Assembly: GCF_900167395.1 (NCBI RefSeq)
Contig: NZ_FUWK01000028.1
Coordinates: 7,709-39,708 of the forward strand
Direction: 5' to 3'
From: Nitrosomonas europaea
GTDB lineage: Bacteria; Pseudomonadota; Gammaproteobacteria; Burkholderiales; Nitrosomonadaceae
Length of the DNA stretch: 32,000 nucleotides
Shown here: piece by piece, positions 17,257-27,536 of the stretch
How the letters are laid out: each line of letters begins with the position of its first letter
Numbering within the stretch: the stretch's first letter is position 1
Made by a program: the position numbers and the translations under genes
The notes under the pieces: generated by a model
Databases searched by the model: none
Told to the model about the DNA's origin: nothing
Seen by the model: the letters and a program-made list of their open reading frames with translations, nothing else

Positions 17257-19986
17257 TCAACAATCATCCACAGCTTCCAGCGATTCACCGATTCTGCACA
17301 GAGGTTTGAGCTCGCAGTAAGTGCAGGTTTGCGGGTATTGTTTAGGGCTCACTCTGGCTTCTCCGGCCATAAAATCCTGCACCAGTTGCTCGATCGTCTG
17401 GCGCCAGCCGGCCAATACTTCATCCCAGCTTGCTGCTTCCCGGGTATGTCTCAGGTTTTCGAAAGATTTTATTCCCAGGATCGATACTTCTTCGCTTGCT
17501 ACACCCTCAAACGCAATATCACCTGCTCTGATGCGGGCAAATGCAATCCCGGCCAGCCCGTCATCAGTAAATGCCAGACTGTATAGCGGCAATTGCGGTT
17601 CATCGGGGCGATCGCCAAACCACGCACTTGCTTTGACTTCACCGGTTTTGTAGTCGATGAGCAGTTCACCCCCTTCTTCCAGCGTATCGATGCGGTCTAT
17701 CCTCAAATTGATGCGCAGGCCGTTCAGTTCAAGCTCCGTTTCCATTTCCCGGCCTGAAACACGGAAAGGGGGGCGCTGCTTTTCCATTTCCAGCCACGCC
17801 AGCACGAGAGCATGCAATCGTTTGCTTTCAAGTGCTTGCAGACGCTCACCAAAAGTGTGCGGATAGCGCGGAGCGATTTCGTATATCGCTTCATTCACCT
17901 TGCCGGCGACCAGTGCATTCAGCTCACCAGGGGACAAATTTGCCAGTGCTGCTAACGAATCCAGTTCAGCCCAGACCATTTCCATGACCCGGTGCAGCAA
18001 AGTGCCGCGTACCAGCGCATTCAGACCGATCTGTATGCGGCCCAGTGGACGGGCGACCAGCCGCAGTTCGGCAAATGCCCGGAACGGGCAGGCTGCCTGT
18101 AACTTGAACAGCTTGCTGCCGCCCGGAATACCCGTTCCGACAAATGTCGGGGCAACATCCTCGGACAGCACCTCCTGTTGTCGACTGTGATACACGCTGT
18201 CTCGCCAGGCGGATTGCGTACCCATGGCGAGCATTTCTTCACTCAACGCCGGGAAAGCATCGATCAGTGGACTGGAATCGAGGATTTCATCGCCCTTACG
18301 CTGCGGATAGCTGATGACAACCTCAGTAGCATTCGTGGTAATTCGCTGCAACAGCGCTGCTGCCACACGTAATTCACGCCTGGCGCTGGAATGCGGCGCA
18401 TCAACCTCACGCTGCAAGGTCAGAGGAAGAAACGGATTGGGCCGGGATGATGCGGGAAATACGCCGTCATGCAATCCCATGATCCAGAGATAGTCGAACT
18501 GCAGCCCGCTGGTTTCAAACAACCCCAATACCTGCACAGGCGCCTCCGCTGATTCCGGCTGAAAAATCGTACCGGCAACCATGTGCCTGAGTTGCTGCAG
18601 CGCTTCAGTCAAACTGACCGACCGAATTACCCAGTCCAGCGTGGAAAATTCTCTCAGTACCCCCTGCCATGCCTGGATAACCTGATATTCCTCGCTGGAC
18701 AATCCTCGCTCACCTGGCCAGCCGATTGCTTTCAGCCACTGTCCGAATCGCTGCGCCCACTCTCCCGGGCTCGTTGGCGCAAGTGATACTTTCACCTGCT
18801 TCATCAAATTACTCAGACATTCGGCCAGCAGTGGACACGAATAGGGCTGGCCACTGCGAGCCGCATTCGTCAGCAGCTTTTGCAGGGTCAGATTCCATTC
18901 ACCCGATTCGCGCAGACGAGCATCCAGCAAGGCGCGCGCATTCATTTCCCGATCCCCGCCCGCAATGAAAGAAGAACGCAGCACACGACTGACATGCGGC
19001 AACTCGATGACAGTTTCTGATAAACCGAGAACATCCAGCGCCAGACTGACGGGTGGATAGCGGTCGAGCGGCTTGCCAAGCGACAAATTGTAAGAACGCA
19101 CCCGATCATGATGCTCCGGCTGCAATGCTTGTGGAATCAGCACTTCATCCAGTGTCTGGCAGATCATTTCCCGCTGTGCGGCCAGTTCCGGCACGACCAG
19201 CGCAATCCTCGCCGCCGGATTTTCCTCCAAACGTTGCCGTATCCAGCGCGCCGCCTGCCGGATCTCGTCACGACCGTCTGCGCACGCCAGCTTGCCGATA
19301 CGATCCGGCTGACCGGATAACTGTAACCACTGCAATGAGCATCCCGTCTGTTCGAATGCACGCAGAAACGATGATTGCTGCGGTGTCCACTCATCGAAAC
19401 CGGTCAACACAAGCTCGTTCGGCACTGACAGGCTGTCGATCTGCACGTATTTCTGCAATATTCCGGGCAGAACGGCGACTGAAAGCCAGCTATTTTTCCG
19501 GCATTTCGCTTCGAACATCGAGGCCAGTTGCCAGAACAACCGGGTATCGGCGTTATGACCGAAATCCGCTTCCCGGCAGGGAATACACCATGCATGCAGT
19601 GTCTGCCATGCTTCCATGATACGAGCGACAGTCTCGTTGGTGGCCTGTAACGGAACATCGCCGGACTGTTCTGCCAGAATTTCCTGCCAGACGAAATACT
19701 CCTGATGGGAAGTCAGTAACACCCCCGGGGCCGATTCAATCCGGCTGGAAATGACCACCTCCTGCCACAGCTGCTGCAACCATGCATCCCAGGGCAGAAT
19801 ATCCGGTGCGGGCCATGCCCCGTGTCCTTCCGCAGACCTGGCCTGATTGAATGCCTGATGAAGGGCACGCGCCAGCCGCCGGTTTCCGGTCACAATCGTT
19901 GCACAGCCATCCAGTCTTTGGATAAGATCGGTGATGTTAGTCTGTCGGGCGTCGAACGGGCGGGTCGTCATGGCCGGATTTTCCAT
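17257..19986 (-). CDS. AddB-like PD-(D/E)XK nuclease with C-terminal Fe-S cysteine cluster (partner of the AddA-like helicase)
   Basis: Nuclease motif LLIDYKTGE...PQLPLYSL. One upstream Cys (AACPFRAFAE) plus C-terminal CTYCELKPLC matches the AddB-type 4-Cys staple arrangement. No Walker A. The start is uncertain: TTG 19995, ATG 19986 or ATG 19971. Confidence 0.8.
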   Translation of the reverse strand: MENPAMTTRPFDARQTNITDLIQRLDGCATIVTGNRRLARALHQAFNQARSAEGHGAWPAPDILPWDAWLQQLWQEVVISSRIESAPGVLLTSHQEYFVWQEILAEQSGDVPLQATNETVARIMEAWQTLHAWCIPCREADFGHNADTRLFWQLASMFEAKCRKNSWLSVAVLPGILQKYVQIDSLSVPNELVLTGFDEWTPQQSSFLRAFEQTGCSLQWLQLSGQPDRIGKLACADGRDEIRQAARWIRQRLEENPAARIALVVPELAAQREMICQTLDEVLIPQALQPEHHDRVRSYNLSLGKPLDRYPPVSLALDVLGLSETVIELPHVSRVLRSSFIAGGDREMNARALLDARLRESGEWNLTLQKLLTNAARSGQPYSCPLLAECLSNLMKQVKVSLAPTSPGEWAQRFGQWLKAIGWPGERGLSSEEYQVIQAWQGVLREFSTLDWVIRSVSLTEALQQLRHMVAGTIFQPESAEAPVQVLGLFETSGLQFDYLWIMGLHDGVFPASSRPNPFLPLTLQREVDAPHSSARRELRVAAALLQRITTNATEVVISYPQRKGDEILDSSPLIDAFPALSEEMLAMGTQSAWRDSVYHSRQQEVLSEDVAPTFVGTGIPGGSKLFKLQAACPFRAFAELRLVARPLGRIQIGLNALVRGTLLHRVMEMVWAELDSLAALANLSPGELNALVAGKVNEAIYEIAPRYPHTFGERLQALESKRLHALVLAWLEMEKQRPPFRVSGREMETELELNGLRINLRIDRIDTLEEGGELLIDYKTGEVKASAWFGDRPDEPQLPLYSLAFTDDGLAGIAFARIRAGDIAFEGVASEEVSILGIKSFENLRHTREAASWDEVLAGWRQTIEQLVQDFMAGEARVSPKQYPQTCTYCELKPLCRIGESLEAVDDC

Positions 19987-20072
19987 GTTTCGCAAACAGT
20001 CTGATAATCAATGCTGTACGCAGGCAGAGTAATACAATTCAATTTTTGAAACAGTTTTTATCAGGAGAACCA

Positions 20073-20612
20073 ATGAACAGAATAGGAAACGGGCTGCTGG
20101 TCGCCATGGCGATCACCTGGTCCGGTATGGTTTTTTCAGCAGTGCAAAACTTGCCTCAACCGGTTTTCTCAGGCCAGGATGGTGAACAGGCAGCAGCCGA
20201 CAATGCAGCATCACCTGCTCCCGCGGAACAAGCCGCACCGGCCTCGACAGAAGCAGAAACTGCAGCGAAGGCAGAAGAACAGGCACTGCCCAGCGGCATC
20301 GGCTGGAAACTGGTACGCAGCCTCGAAATGGGAGACTCGGGCAAGTTTGTGCACATGGTACTGATCGAAAAAGGACGCCAGGCGGATAAAACCATCTACA
20401 GCTCCGCCATTCACAGATTATGTGCCAAGGAAAAAGAATTTTGCCGGATACGTTTCTGGGTTCAGTCATACCTCATACCGGAAAAAGTCTCACTCACACT
20501 GGAACAGCAAAAAACCCAGCAGGCAGATCACCTGTTCAATCGCGCTGCCGGTATCCACCGAACGTTATGGGCCTGCACCGTCGATTCGACGAGTGAATCG
20601 TGCATTCAATAA
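20073..20612 (+). CDS. Secreted hypothetical protein (signal peptide, Ala/Glu/Gln-rich linker, Cys-containing C-terminal domain)
   Basis: ATG at 20073 preceded by AGGAG 6 nt upstream. MNRIGNGLLVAMAITWSGMVFSA looks like a signal peptide. A low-complexity AAADNAASPAPAEQAAPASTEAETAAKAEEQA linker follows. The C-terminal ~110 aa contain 4 Cys. No family recognised. Confidence 0.6.
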   Translation: MNRIGNGLLVAMAITWSGMVFSAVQNLPQPVFSGQDGEQAAADNAASPAPAEQAAPASTEAETAAKAEEQALPSGIGWKLVRSLEMGDSGKFVHMVLIEKGRQADKTIYSSAIHRLCAKEKEFCRIRFWVQSYLIPEKVSLTLEQQKTQQADHLFNRAAGIHRTLWACTVDSTSESCIQ

Positions 20613-20621
20613 ACGTAAACA

Positions 20622-21683
20622 TCATCCTGCTGAACCTGCCGGACGTATCGAGTCCATGTAGGTCAGCAACATTGCCTCCAGAAACAGTCTGGGGTTGAGC
20701 GGATGGCGCGCCAGTTGCTGCGAGGCAATCAGGTTGCGCCACAAAAACCCAAAAGCAACCGGATCGATGACAGCCGCCTGCTGCCGGATGACCGCCACCT
20801 GCTTCAGATGGTAACGCACCCGCCCGCTGGTACGGCAGCTCATCAGGTCATAACACCATTTCTGCAACCAGCCGGTCACGCTGGATAAATCCAGCTTGTG
20901 CAGCTTTTCCGCCAGCTCGATCGGATCGAACCTCTCCGGTGCACACAAGCACTGGATGAAATCAGTGTGAGAAGCAGCCAGCCGTTCATCGTACTGCAAT
21001 GCCAGCAATGGTGAAAAACCTGACATGGCGAGATGAAAATCAGGATCGGTGATTCCCTGGTGAATAAGCCAATCCTTTGCCATTTCATGATCCGGCCCCG
21101 GCATGGCGGTCTGCCGGCAGCGGCTCAGAACCGTAGGTGGAATCAGTGAAACATTATGTGTCACCAGAATGAACAGCACTTCTGGTGGCGGCTCCTCCAG
21201 TTTTTTCAGCAGCGCATTGGCAGCCGCCGTATTCATCGCTTCGGCTGGATGAATCAGCACCACCTTGTCACGCGCCTGGTGAGCACTCAGGTAAATGAAA
21301 TCGTCCAGCGCACGAATCTGCGCAATACTGATCTGCTGACTTGGCTTCCTGCCTGATTTCGTACTCCCGGCTTCTCGCCGGTTTTCTTCATCATCCTTGT
21401 CTGTAGCACCTTCCTGCGCTGATAACGCCTCCGGCTCCAGCAGGCGAAAATTCGGATGCAACCCCTGTTCGAACCAGTAACAATCCTGGCACTTCCCGCA
21501 CGCCACACCCGCTGCATCCCCCTGCCCGCACAATATGGATTTCGCCAGAGCAAGGGCAAAACCCAGCTTGCCAATTCCCCGACGCCCCTTCAGCAACAGC
21601 GCATGATGTCGCTGCGCACTACCTGACTGTCTGGCCTGCTGCCAGATCACCCGCTGCCATGGAAAAATTTCGGCTGTGGCCAT
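20622..21683 (-). CDS. holB: DNA polymerase III subunit delta'
   Basis: HHALLLKGRRGIGKLGFALALAKSILC, a zinc module C-x-x-C-x-x-C (CGKCQDCYWFEQGLHPNF), and SRC motif (PPTVLSRCRQ). Immediately downstream of tmk, as in many bacteria. Confidence 0.9.
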   Translation of the reverse strand: MATAEIFPWQRVIWQQARQSGSAQRHHALLLKGRRGIGKLGFALALAKSILCGQGDAAGVACGKCQDCYWFEQGLHPNFRLLEPEALSAQEGATDKDDEENRREAGSTKSGRKPSQQISIAQIRALDDFIYLSAHQARDKVVLIHPAEAMNTAAANALLKKLEEPPPEVLFILVTHNVSLIPPTVLSRCRQTAMPGPDHEMAKDWLIHQGITDPDFHLAMSGFSPLLALQYDERLAASHTDFIQCLCAPERFDPIELAEKLHKLDLSSVTGWLQKWCYDLMSCRTSGRVRYHLKQVAVIRQQAAVIDPVAFGFLWRNLIASQQLARHPLNPRLFLEAMLLTYMDSIRPAGSAG

Positions 21684-21808
21684 TCCTGAAATTGTCCCGT
21701 TTTGAAAGATAATTTTTACTGAATCGAAAAAAAGCAGATTGGGATGAGAAATCGCAGTTTATCGTGAATTCTCTGATAGCTGCGAAAGGGAGCAAATTTC
21801 GAACCCAT

Positions 21809-22498
21809 TCACCCTCTGAACTGCGTATCCGACAGATCTGACCAGAAATCCTCCACAATTTCCGCTACAGCTGTTTTGACTTCTGCCAGCAGCCGGCTGC
21901 CGTCCACCACCCGAATTCTTTGCGGAAACTGTTCTGCACGTTGCAGATAGGCTTGTCGTACCCGCTCGAAAAACAGATTGGATTCCATTTCGAAACGATC
22001 GGCAACTCTGGTGGATTGCAGCCGTTCGCGACCCACTATGACGGGTACGTCGAAGTACACTGTCAGATCAGGAGAAAGTTCTGCCTGCACCCACTGTTCC
22101 AAATTATCCAGTTTACTTTGTGCCACTCCTCTGCCCCCGCCCTGGTAGGCAAAACTGGCATCCGTAAAACGATCGGAAACCACCCAGGCACCGCGGTCCA
22201 GCGCAGGCAGTATTACTTTGTCCAAATGCTCCCGTCGCGCAGCAAACATCAGTAAAGCCTCGGTTTCAGGGTGCATCGCCTGGCGATGATCCAGCAGCAA
22301 CTGTCGTAATGCTTCGCCCAGCGCTGTACCACCCGGCTCACGTGTCACGACTACCTCCAATCCCTTGTCCTGCAGGAAACGCTCCAACCATGCCAGATGC
22401 GTACTTTTTCCTGCTCCATCAATCCCTTCAACAGTAATAAATTTTCCGCGCTGCAAGATAATCGCTCTATTAAAATGATTTACAAAATTCCCGATCAA
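21809..22498 (-). CDS. tmk: dTMP (thymidylate) kinase
   Basis: [19 protein letters not shown]-loop, TREPGGT, and DRF/lid-region motifs. An alternative TTG start at 22456 ([11 protein letters not shown]) would give the usual N-terminus and a longer divergent intergenic region with ampD. Confidence 0.9.
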   Translation of the reverse strand: MIGNFVNHFNRAIILQRGKFITVEGIDGAGKSTHLAWLERFLQDKGLEVVVTREPGGTALGEALRQLLLDHRQAMHPETEALLMFAARREHLDKVILPALDRGAWVVSDRFTDASFAYQGGGRGVAQSKLDNLEQWVQAELSPDLTVYFDVPVIVGRERLQSTRVADRFEMESNLFFERVRQAYLQRAEQFPQRIRVVDGSRLLAEVKTAVAEIVEDFWSDLSDTQFRG

Positions 22499-22533
22499 GA
22501 AACTGGCATCTCATACTGTCATTACCAACCCTG

Positions 22534-23085
22534 ATGTCCATGCTAATCGATGCTGAAGGCCGCCTTGTCCCAGCTCGCTACATACCTTCGCCCAATTGTG
22601 ACGAACGGCCGGACCGGAACGACATCAGCCTGCTGGTGATTCACGCCATCAGCCTGCCGCCGGAAGAATTTGGTAGTGATAGTGTCATCGAACTTTTCAC
22701 CAACCGGCTCGATCCACAAGCACATCCGTATTATCAGGGATTGCAGGATTTGAAAGTCTCCAGTCATTTTTTCATTCGTCGTAATGGAGAAATCATTCAG
22801 TTCGTCCCTTGTACTCTGCGCGCCTGGCACGCCGGTATATCCTGCTGGCAGGAGCGCCCCCGCTGTAATGATTTCTCGATCGGCATCGAGCTGGAAGGCA
22901 GTGACAACCAGCCGTTCGAGCTCATGCAATATAACCGGTTGATAGAACTCACCCGGGCAATACAGGCAGCTTACCCTGTCAGTGATATCGTCGGCCATGC
23001 CGATATTGCGCCACAAAGAAAAACCGATCCCGGTCCTTATTTCGACTGGCAAAGTTATCGCCAGGCACTTGAAACAAATCGATAA
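22534..23085 (+). CDS. ampD: 1,6-anhydro-N-acetylmuramyl-L-alanine amidase AmpD
   Basis: YIPSPNCDERPDRNDISLLVIHAISLPP..., SSHFFIRRNGEIIQFV, RAWHAG, IGIELEG and GHADIAPQRKTDPGPYFDW are the AmpD/amidase_2 hallmarks. Confidence 0.9.
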   Translation: MSMLIDAEGRLVPARYIPSPNCDERPDRNDISLLVIHAISLPPEEFGSDSVIELFTNRLDPQAHPYYQGLQDLKVSSHFFIRRNGEIIQFVPCTLRAWHAGISCWQERPRCNDFSIGIELEGSDNQPFELMQYNRLIELTRAIQAAYPVSDIVGHADIAPQRKTDPGPYFDWQSYRQALETNR

Positions 23086-23242
23086 CCACACGATTGATCA
23101 CTCCATACTACCCGGTCCGGTTGTCACACAGGTGCCTGCAGCATCTGATTTGCCATAATCATAATTCAGCAACCCTTCAACAACCAGAAGGGAGTGATAG
23201 AATCCGGGGTTATTTTCAGCAAACAAACAGATAAATCACGAA

Positions 23243-23647
23243 ATGATCGGCATTCTGATCATCAGTCATGAACAGTTGGGAACCAGTCTGATCGACTGCA
23301 TCATCCATATCCTGGGCGAGCGTCCCCCGCTGCTGATCAATCATATCGTTTCCTCCACTGAGGGTCCGGATAGCGGATCAGTTAGGCTGCAGGTGACCCT
23401 CGAGCAGTTGGATCAGGGCAGTGGTGTCCTGATTTTGACGGATATTTTTGGTGCAACGCCGGCCAATATCGCCCGCAAGCAGATCCGGAGCGGGCGGATC
23501 GAATGCCTGGCCGGACTGAATCTGCCCATGTTACTGCGTGCCGTGCAATATCGGCATCAGCCCCTGCCGCAGTTGATCGACAAAATCCTGGCCGGTGGCC
23601 GGGAAAGTATCTTCCAGATATCTCCGGAAAACAGCAATGCAAACTGA
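23243..23647 (+). CDS. PTS EIIA component, mannose/fructose (EIIA-Man) family
   Basis: MIGILIISHEQLGTSLIDC has the phosphorylatable His near the N-terminus. GVLILTDIFGATPANIA. 134 aa. It directly precedes HPr and EI. Confidence 0.8.
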   Translation: MIGILIISHEQLGTSLIDCIIHILGERPPLLINHIVSSTEGPDSGSVRLQVTLEQLDQGSGVLILTDIFGATPANIARKQIRSGRIECLAGLNLPMLLRAVQYRHQPLPQLIDKILAGGRESIFQISPENSNAN

Positions 23648-23906
23648 ATCATTGACCATCCTCAATAAGCTGGGCCTGCATGCACGTGCCTCGGCCAAGC
23701 TGACACAACTGGCCGGCAAGTTCGAAAGCGAAGTCTGGCTTACGCGTAACGGCCGCCGGGTGAATGCCAAAAGTATCATGGGTGTCATGACCCTTGCTGC
23801 AAGTATAGGCACAGTCGTCGAACTGGAAACGTCCGGCCCCGATGAAGTTCAGGCCATGGAAGCATTGAAAGCCCTGATCAACGATTACTTCGGGGAAGGT
23901 GAATGA
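23637..23906 (+). CDS. ptsH: Phosphocarrier protein HPr
   Basis: LTILNKLGLHARASAKL contains the His-15 motif, and VNAKSIMGVMTLAA the Ser-46 region. ATG at 23637. Overlaps EIIA by 11 nt and EI by 4 nt. Confidence 0.85.
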   Translation: MQTESLTILNKLGLHARASAKLTQLAGKFESEVWLTRNGRRVNAKSIMGVMTLAASIGTVVELETSGPDEVQAMEALKALINDYFGEGE

Positions 23907-25630
23907 GTTTCATCCTTTACGGCACAGGCGTATCCGATGGCATTGCGATCGGGCATGCTCACTTGGCTTCATCCGCCACATTGAATGTTCCCCATTATCT
24001 GCTGCCGAAAAACCAGATCAACGCTGAACTGACCCGGTTGCGCAATGCATTTTCCACCGTGCGGCTGGAGCTGGAAACATTGAAAACTTCCGCTGCACAG
24101 GTATCCGGCCTGGCCGAGTTCAACGCTTTCCTGGAACTGCACCAGATGATTCTGGATGATCCGACACTTTCCCATGCAGCTCTGGAAACGGTTGAACAGG
24201 CACAATGCAACGCGGAATGGGCCATTACGCAGCAGATGGAAGTATTGGTTGCTCGCTTCGAAGAGATAGAAGATGCTTACCTGCGCGAGCGTAAAACCGA
24301 TGTTGTCCAGGTAGTCGAGCGAGTATTGAAAGTACTGCTCGGGCATCCTGGATATACCCCCCCGCCATCGAAGCATGACGGCTCCAGTATTCTGGTGGCG
24401 CATGACCTGAGCCCGGCCGATGTCATGCAATACAAGCAGCACCAGTTTTCCGCCTTTCTGACGGACATGGGCGGGCCGACTTCGCACACCGCTATCGTTG
24501 CACGCAGCCTCAATATTCCTTCGATCGTGGCAATGCAGCACGCCCAGCAGCTCATTTACGAAAACGACAATCTGATCGTAGATGGCAATCAGGGTATCGT
24601 CATCGTCAATCCGGACAAATACATTCTCGCTGAATACCGCCTGAAGCAAAGCCAGCTTGAGCTGGAAAAACGCAAACTCTGGCGTATTCGCTCTGTGAAA
24701 GCAGTCACACTGGATGGCACGACGGTGGATTTACTCGCCAACATCGAGCTGCCGCAGGAGGTCGAACAGGCAAGGGAATGTGGCGCCATGGGGATCGGCC
24801 TGTTCCGCAGCGAATTCCTGTTTCTCAACCGGGATGATCTGCCGGATGAGGAAGAACAGTTCGAAGCCTATTCCACAGTGGTGAAAGGCATGCACGGGCA
24901 GCCGGTCGTGATCCGCACTTTTGATCTGGGAGCGGACAAAAACCTGCGCAGCGCCTACCGCACAGCACCCAACCCGGCACTCGGGCTGCGCGCGATCCGC
25001 CTGAGTCTGGCCGAACCCGGCATGTTTCTGGTGCAATTGCGTGCGATCCTGCGCGCTTCCGTTCTGGGCAAAACCCGGATTCTGATTCCGATGCTGTGCA
25101 GCAGCCGGGAAGTCGACCAGACGCTGCAAATGATCGAATTTGCCAAACAGAGCCTGCGCGATGAAAACAAGCCTTTCGACGAAAACGTCAGGATAGGTTG
25201 CATGGTGGAGATTCCGGCAACGGCACTGAGCCTCGAACTGTTCATGCGCAAGCTGGATTTTTTATCCATCGGCACCAATGATCTCATCCAGTACACGCTT
25301 GCAATCGACCGAACCGACGAAACCGTGGCACATCTGTTCGACCCGCTGCACCCGGCCATCATCCGTCTGCTGGTTCAAATCATCCAGAATGCCGGGAAAG
25401 CCGGTATTCCGGTTTCCATCTGTGGTGAAATGGCAGGGGATTCAGAATATACCCGTCTGCTGCTTGGAATGGGATTGCGACAGTTTTCCATGTATCCGGC
25501 ACAACTGCTGACCGTGAAACGTGAAATTCTTGGCAGCCACCTGCCTGAAATATCCCGTCTGATGCAGAAAATCCTCAAAGCGGATGAACCGGAAAAAATC
25601 AGCGAGTTGCTGCAGAAACTCAACAGCTGA
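23903..25630 (+). CDS. ptsI: Phosphoenolpyruvate-protein phosphotransferase (PTS enzyme I)
   Basis: 575 aa. GGPTSHTAIVARSLNIPSIV (active-site His), GIGLFRSEFLF, LSIGTNDLIQYTLAIDR, and SICGEMAG. No N-terminal GAF domain, so PtsI rather than PtsP. Confidence 0.92.
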   Translation: MSFILYGTGVSDGIAIGHAHLASSATLNVPHYLLPKNQINAELTRLRNAFSTVRLELETLKTSAAQVSGLAEFNAFLELHQMILDDPTLSHAALETVEQAQCNAEWAITQQMEVLVARFEEIEDAYLRERKTDVVQVVERVLKVLLGHPGYTPPPSKHDGSSILVAHDLSPADVMQYKQHQFSAFLTDMGGPTSHTAIVARSLNIPSIVAMQHAQQLIYENDNLIVDGNQGIVIVNPDKYILAEYRLKQSQLELEKRKLWRIRSVKAVTLDGTTVDLLANIELPQEVEQARECGAMGIGLFRSEFLFLNRDDLPDEEEQFEAYSTVVKGMHGQPVVIRTFDLGADKNLRSAYRTAPNPALGLRAIRLSLAEPGMFLVQLRAILRASVLGKTRILIPMLCSSREVDQTLQMIEFAKQSLRDENKPFDENVRIGCMVEIPATALSLELFMRKLDFLSIGTNDLIQYTLAIDRTDETVAHLFDPLHPAIIRLLVQIIQNAGKAGIPVSICGEMAGDSEYTRLLLGMGLRQFSMYPAQLLTVKREILGSHLPEISRLMQKILKADEPEKISELLQKLNS

Positions 25631-25733
25631 TTCACCGGTCCCTGACACATCAGGAATAATGTATTTCCAGTAGTACAATTGGATACAATGAGCGCTCATT
25701 CTTCACATCGACAGTTGGCTTTACTATTTTCAG

Positions 25734-26867
25734 ATGTCCACACAAGATTCTGATTCGATCGGCATCGTATCGGCACGACGCGCCCATTTCGACACCCCGC
25801 TCAGCCTGAAAAGCGGAGCTGTACTGGACAGCTACGAGCTCGTCTATGAAACCTATGGGGAGCTGAATGCAGACCGATCCAATGCAGTGCTGATCTGCCA
25901 TGCTTTATCCGGCAACCACCATGTTGCCGGTGTTTATGCAGATAACCCCAAGAATACCGGATGGTGGAACAACATGATCGGTCCGGGCAAACCGGTCGAT
26001 ACCCGAAAATTCTTTGTCATCGGTATCAATAATCTCGGGGGTTGCCATGGCTCCACCGGGCCCATCAGCATCAACGACAAGACCGGTAAACGCTTCGGCC
26101 CGGATTTTCCGCTGGTAACGACAGCTGACTGGGCAAAAACCTATGTCCGTTTCGCCGATCAGTTCAGCATCGACTGTTTTGCCGCCGTCATCGGTGGCAG
26201 TCTGGGCGGGATGTCGGCCATGCAACTGGCGCTCGATGCACCGGAAAGAGTTCGTCATGCCATAGTGGTTGCAGCATCGGCCAGGCTGACAGCACAGAAC
26301 ATCGCTTTCAATGATGTCGCGCGTCAGGCGATTCTGACCGACCCTGATTTTCACGACGGCGACTATTATTCCCATGGCACCCACCCGCGCAGAGGTTTAC
26401 GCCTTGCCCGCATGCTTGGCCACATCACCTACCTGTCGGACGACTCCATGGCCAGCAAATTCGGCCGTGAGTTACGTAACGGCTCGCTTGCTTTCAATTA
26501 TGATGTGGAATTCCAGATCGAATCCTATCTGCACCATCAGGGCGACAAATTTGCCGACCTGTTCGACGCAAACACTTATCTGCTGATGACGAAGGCGCTC
26601 GATTATTTCGATCCGGCCCAGGATTACGATGGCAACCTGAGTGCAGCCTTTGCCCGTGCACAAGCGGATTTTCTGGTACTTTCCTTTACTTCCGACTGGC
26701 GTTTTTCCCCGGAGCGTTCGCGCGATATCGTCAAGGCACTGCTCGACAACAAACTGAATGTCAGTTATGCGGAAATTCCCTCCTCGTACGGACATGATTC
26801 CTTTCTCATGCAGGACGACTACTATCACCAGTTGATACGTGCTTACATGAACAATATCGCTCTCTAG
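25734..26867 (+). CDS. metX: Homoserine O-acyltransferase MetX (acetyl or succinyl specificity not decidable here)
   Basis: [31 protein letters not shown], the nucleophile elbow [13 protein letters not shown] and YGHDSFL are classic MetX alpha/beta-hydrolase motifs. Followed by metW. Confidence 0.92.
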   Translation: MSTQDSDSIGIVSARRAHFDTPLSLKSGAVLDSYELVYETYGELNADRSNAVLICHALSGNHHVAGVYADNPKNTGWWNNMIGPGKPVDTRKFFVIGINNLGGCHGSTGPISINDKTGKRFGPDFPLVTTADWAKTYVRFADQFSIDCFAAVIGGSLGGMSAMQLALDAPERVRHAIVVAASARLTAQNIAFNDVARQAILTDPDFHDGDYYSHGTHPRRGLRLARMLGHITYLSDDSMASKFGRELRNGSLAFNYDVEFQIESYLHHQGDKFADLFDANTYLLMTKALDYFDPAQDYDGNLSAAFARAQADFLVLSFTSDWRFSPERSRDIVKALLDNKLNVSYAEIPSSYGHDSFLMQDDYYHQLIRAYMNNIAL

Positions 26868-26892
26868 CCGATACCGGCTAACGGAACTGAAC

Positions 26893-27510
26893 ATGATGAC
26901 AACTGAAATCAGCAGATCGGCACTGACATTGCGGCCGGACTTCGCCACCATCGCAGCCTGGATCAGACCGGGTTCCAGCGTGCTCGATCTGGGCTGCGGT
27001 GACGGAACGCTGTTGCACTACCTCAGGGATAAACTCGACATACACGGCTATGGCGTGGAAATCGATGCCCACAATATACTGGCCTGCATGAAAAACGGCA
27101 TCAACGTGATCCAGAACGACCTTGAAGCCGGTTTATCCGAATTTGAGGGTGAATCCTTCGATTACGTCATTCTGTCCCAGACATTGCAGGCCATGAAAAA
27201 TACGGAATACATCATTCGGGAAATGTTACGCGTGGGCAAAGAAGGGATCGTTTCCTTTCCCAATTTCGGCTACTGGAAAAACCGTATACAGGTTGCCGGC
27301 GGGCACATGCCCGTCTCGCCAACTCTGCCTTACCAGTGGTATGACACCCCGAACGTACACCTTTGCACCCTGCACGACTTCGAGCAGTTATGTCAGCAGC
27401 ACCGGGTCAACATTCTGGAAAGACGGGTGATGAACAATGACAAAAAGGTGACATTCCTCCCCAATCTTTTCGGTATCCTGGCGTTTTATCGCTTTAGCCA
27501 CGCAGCTTAA
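26893..27510 (+). CDS. metW: Methionine biosynthesis protein MetW
   Basis: VLDLGCGDGTLLHYL motif, DYVILSQTLQA, and SFPNFGYWKNR. The canonical metX-metW pair, 25 nt apart. Confidence 0.9.
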   Translation: MMTTEISRSALTLRPDFATIAAWIRPGSSVLDLGCGDGTLLHYLRDKLDIHGYGVEIDAHNILACMKNGINVIQNDLEAGLSEFEGESFDYVILSQTLQAMKNTEYIIREMLRVGKEGIVSFPNFGYWKNRIQVAGGHMPVSPTLPYQWYDTPNVHLCTLHDFEQLCQQHRVNILERRVMNNDKKVTFLPNLFGILAFYRFSHAA

Positions 27511-27536
27511 CCGGCGACTCAAATTGATGCGATGGA

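Noticed and set aside
19996-20072. Possible LexA (SOS) box in the divergent region upstream of the addB-like gene
   Set aside because: The only CTGT/ACAG elements are in the wrong order (ACAG...CTGT) and at the wrong spacing for the CTGT-N8-ACAG consensus. The CTGATAA/TTATCAG inverted 7-mers are 41 nt apart and could be chance.
22543-23091. 182-aa minus-strand ORF covering almost exactly the ampD coordinates
   Set aside because: The plus-strand translation carries all the AmpD/amidase_2 motifs. The minus-strand one has none, so it is a mirror ORF.
23969-25362. Minus-strand ORFs of 76-226 aa inside ptsI
   Set aside because: They are antisense to a complete enzyme I with active-site motifs, and no independent evidence supports them.
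25631-25733. SAM riboswitch (SAM-II type) upstream of metX
   Set aside because: There is a UUGGCUUU-like segment near 25714-25722. However, I could not find the complementary AAAGCU pseudoknot partner or the rest of the conserved core. The leader is only ~100 nt. A covariance-model scan would settle it.
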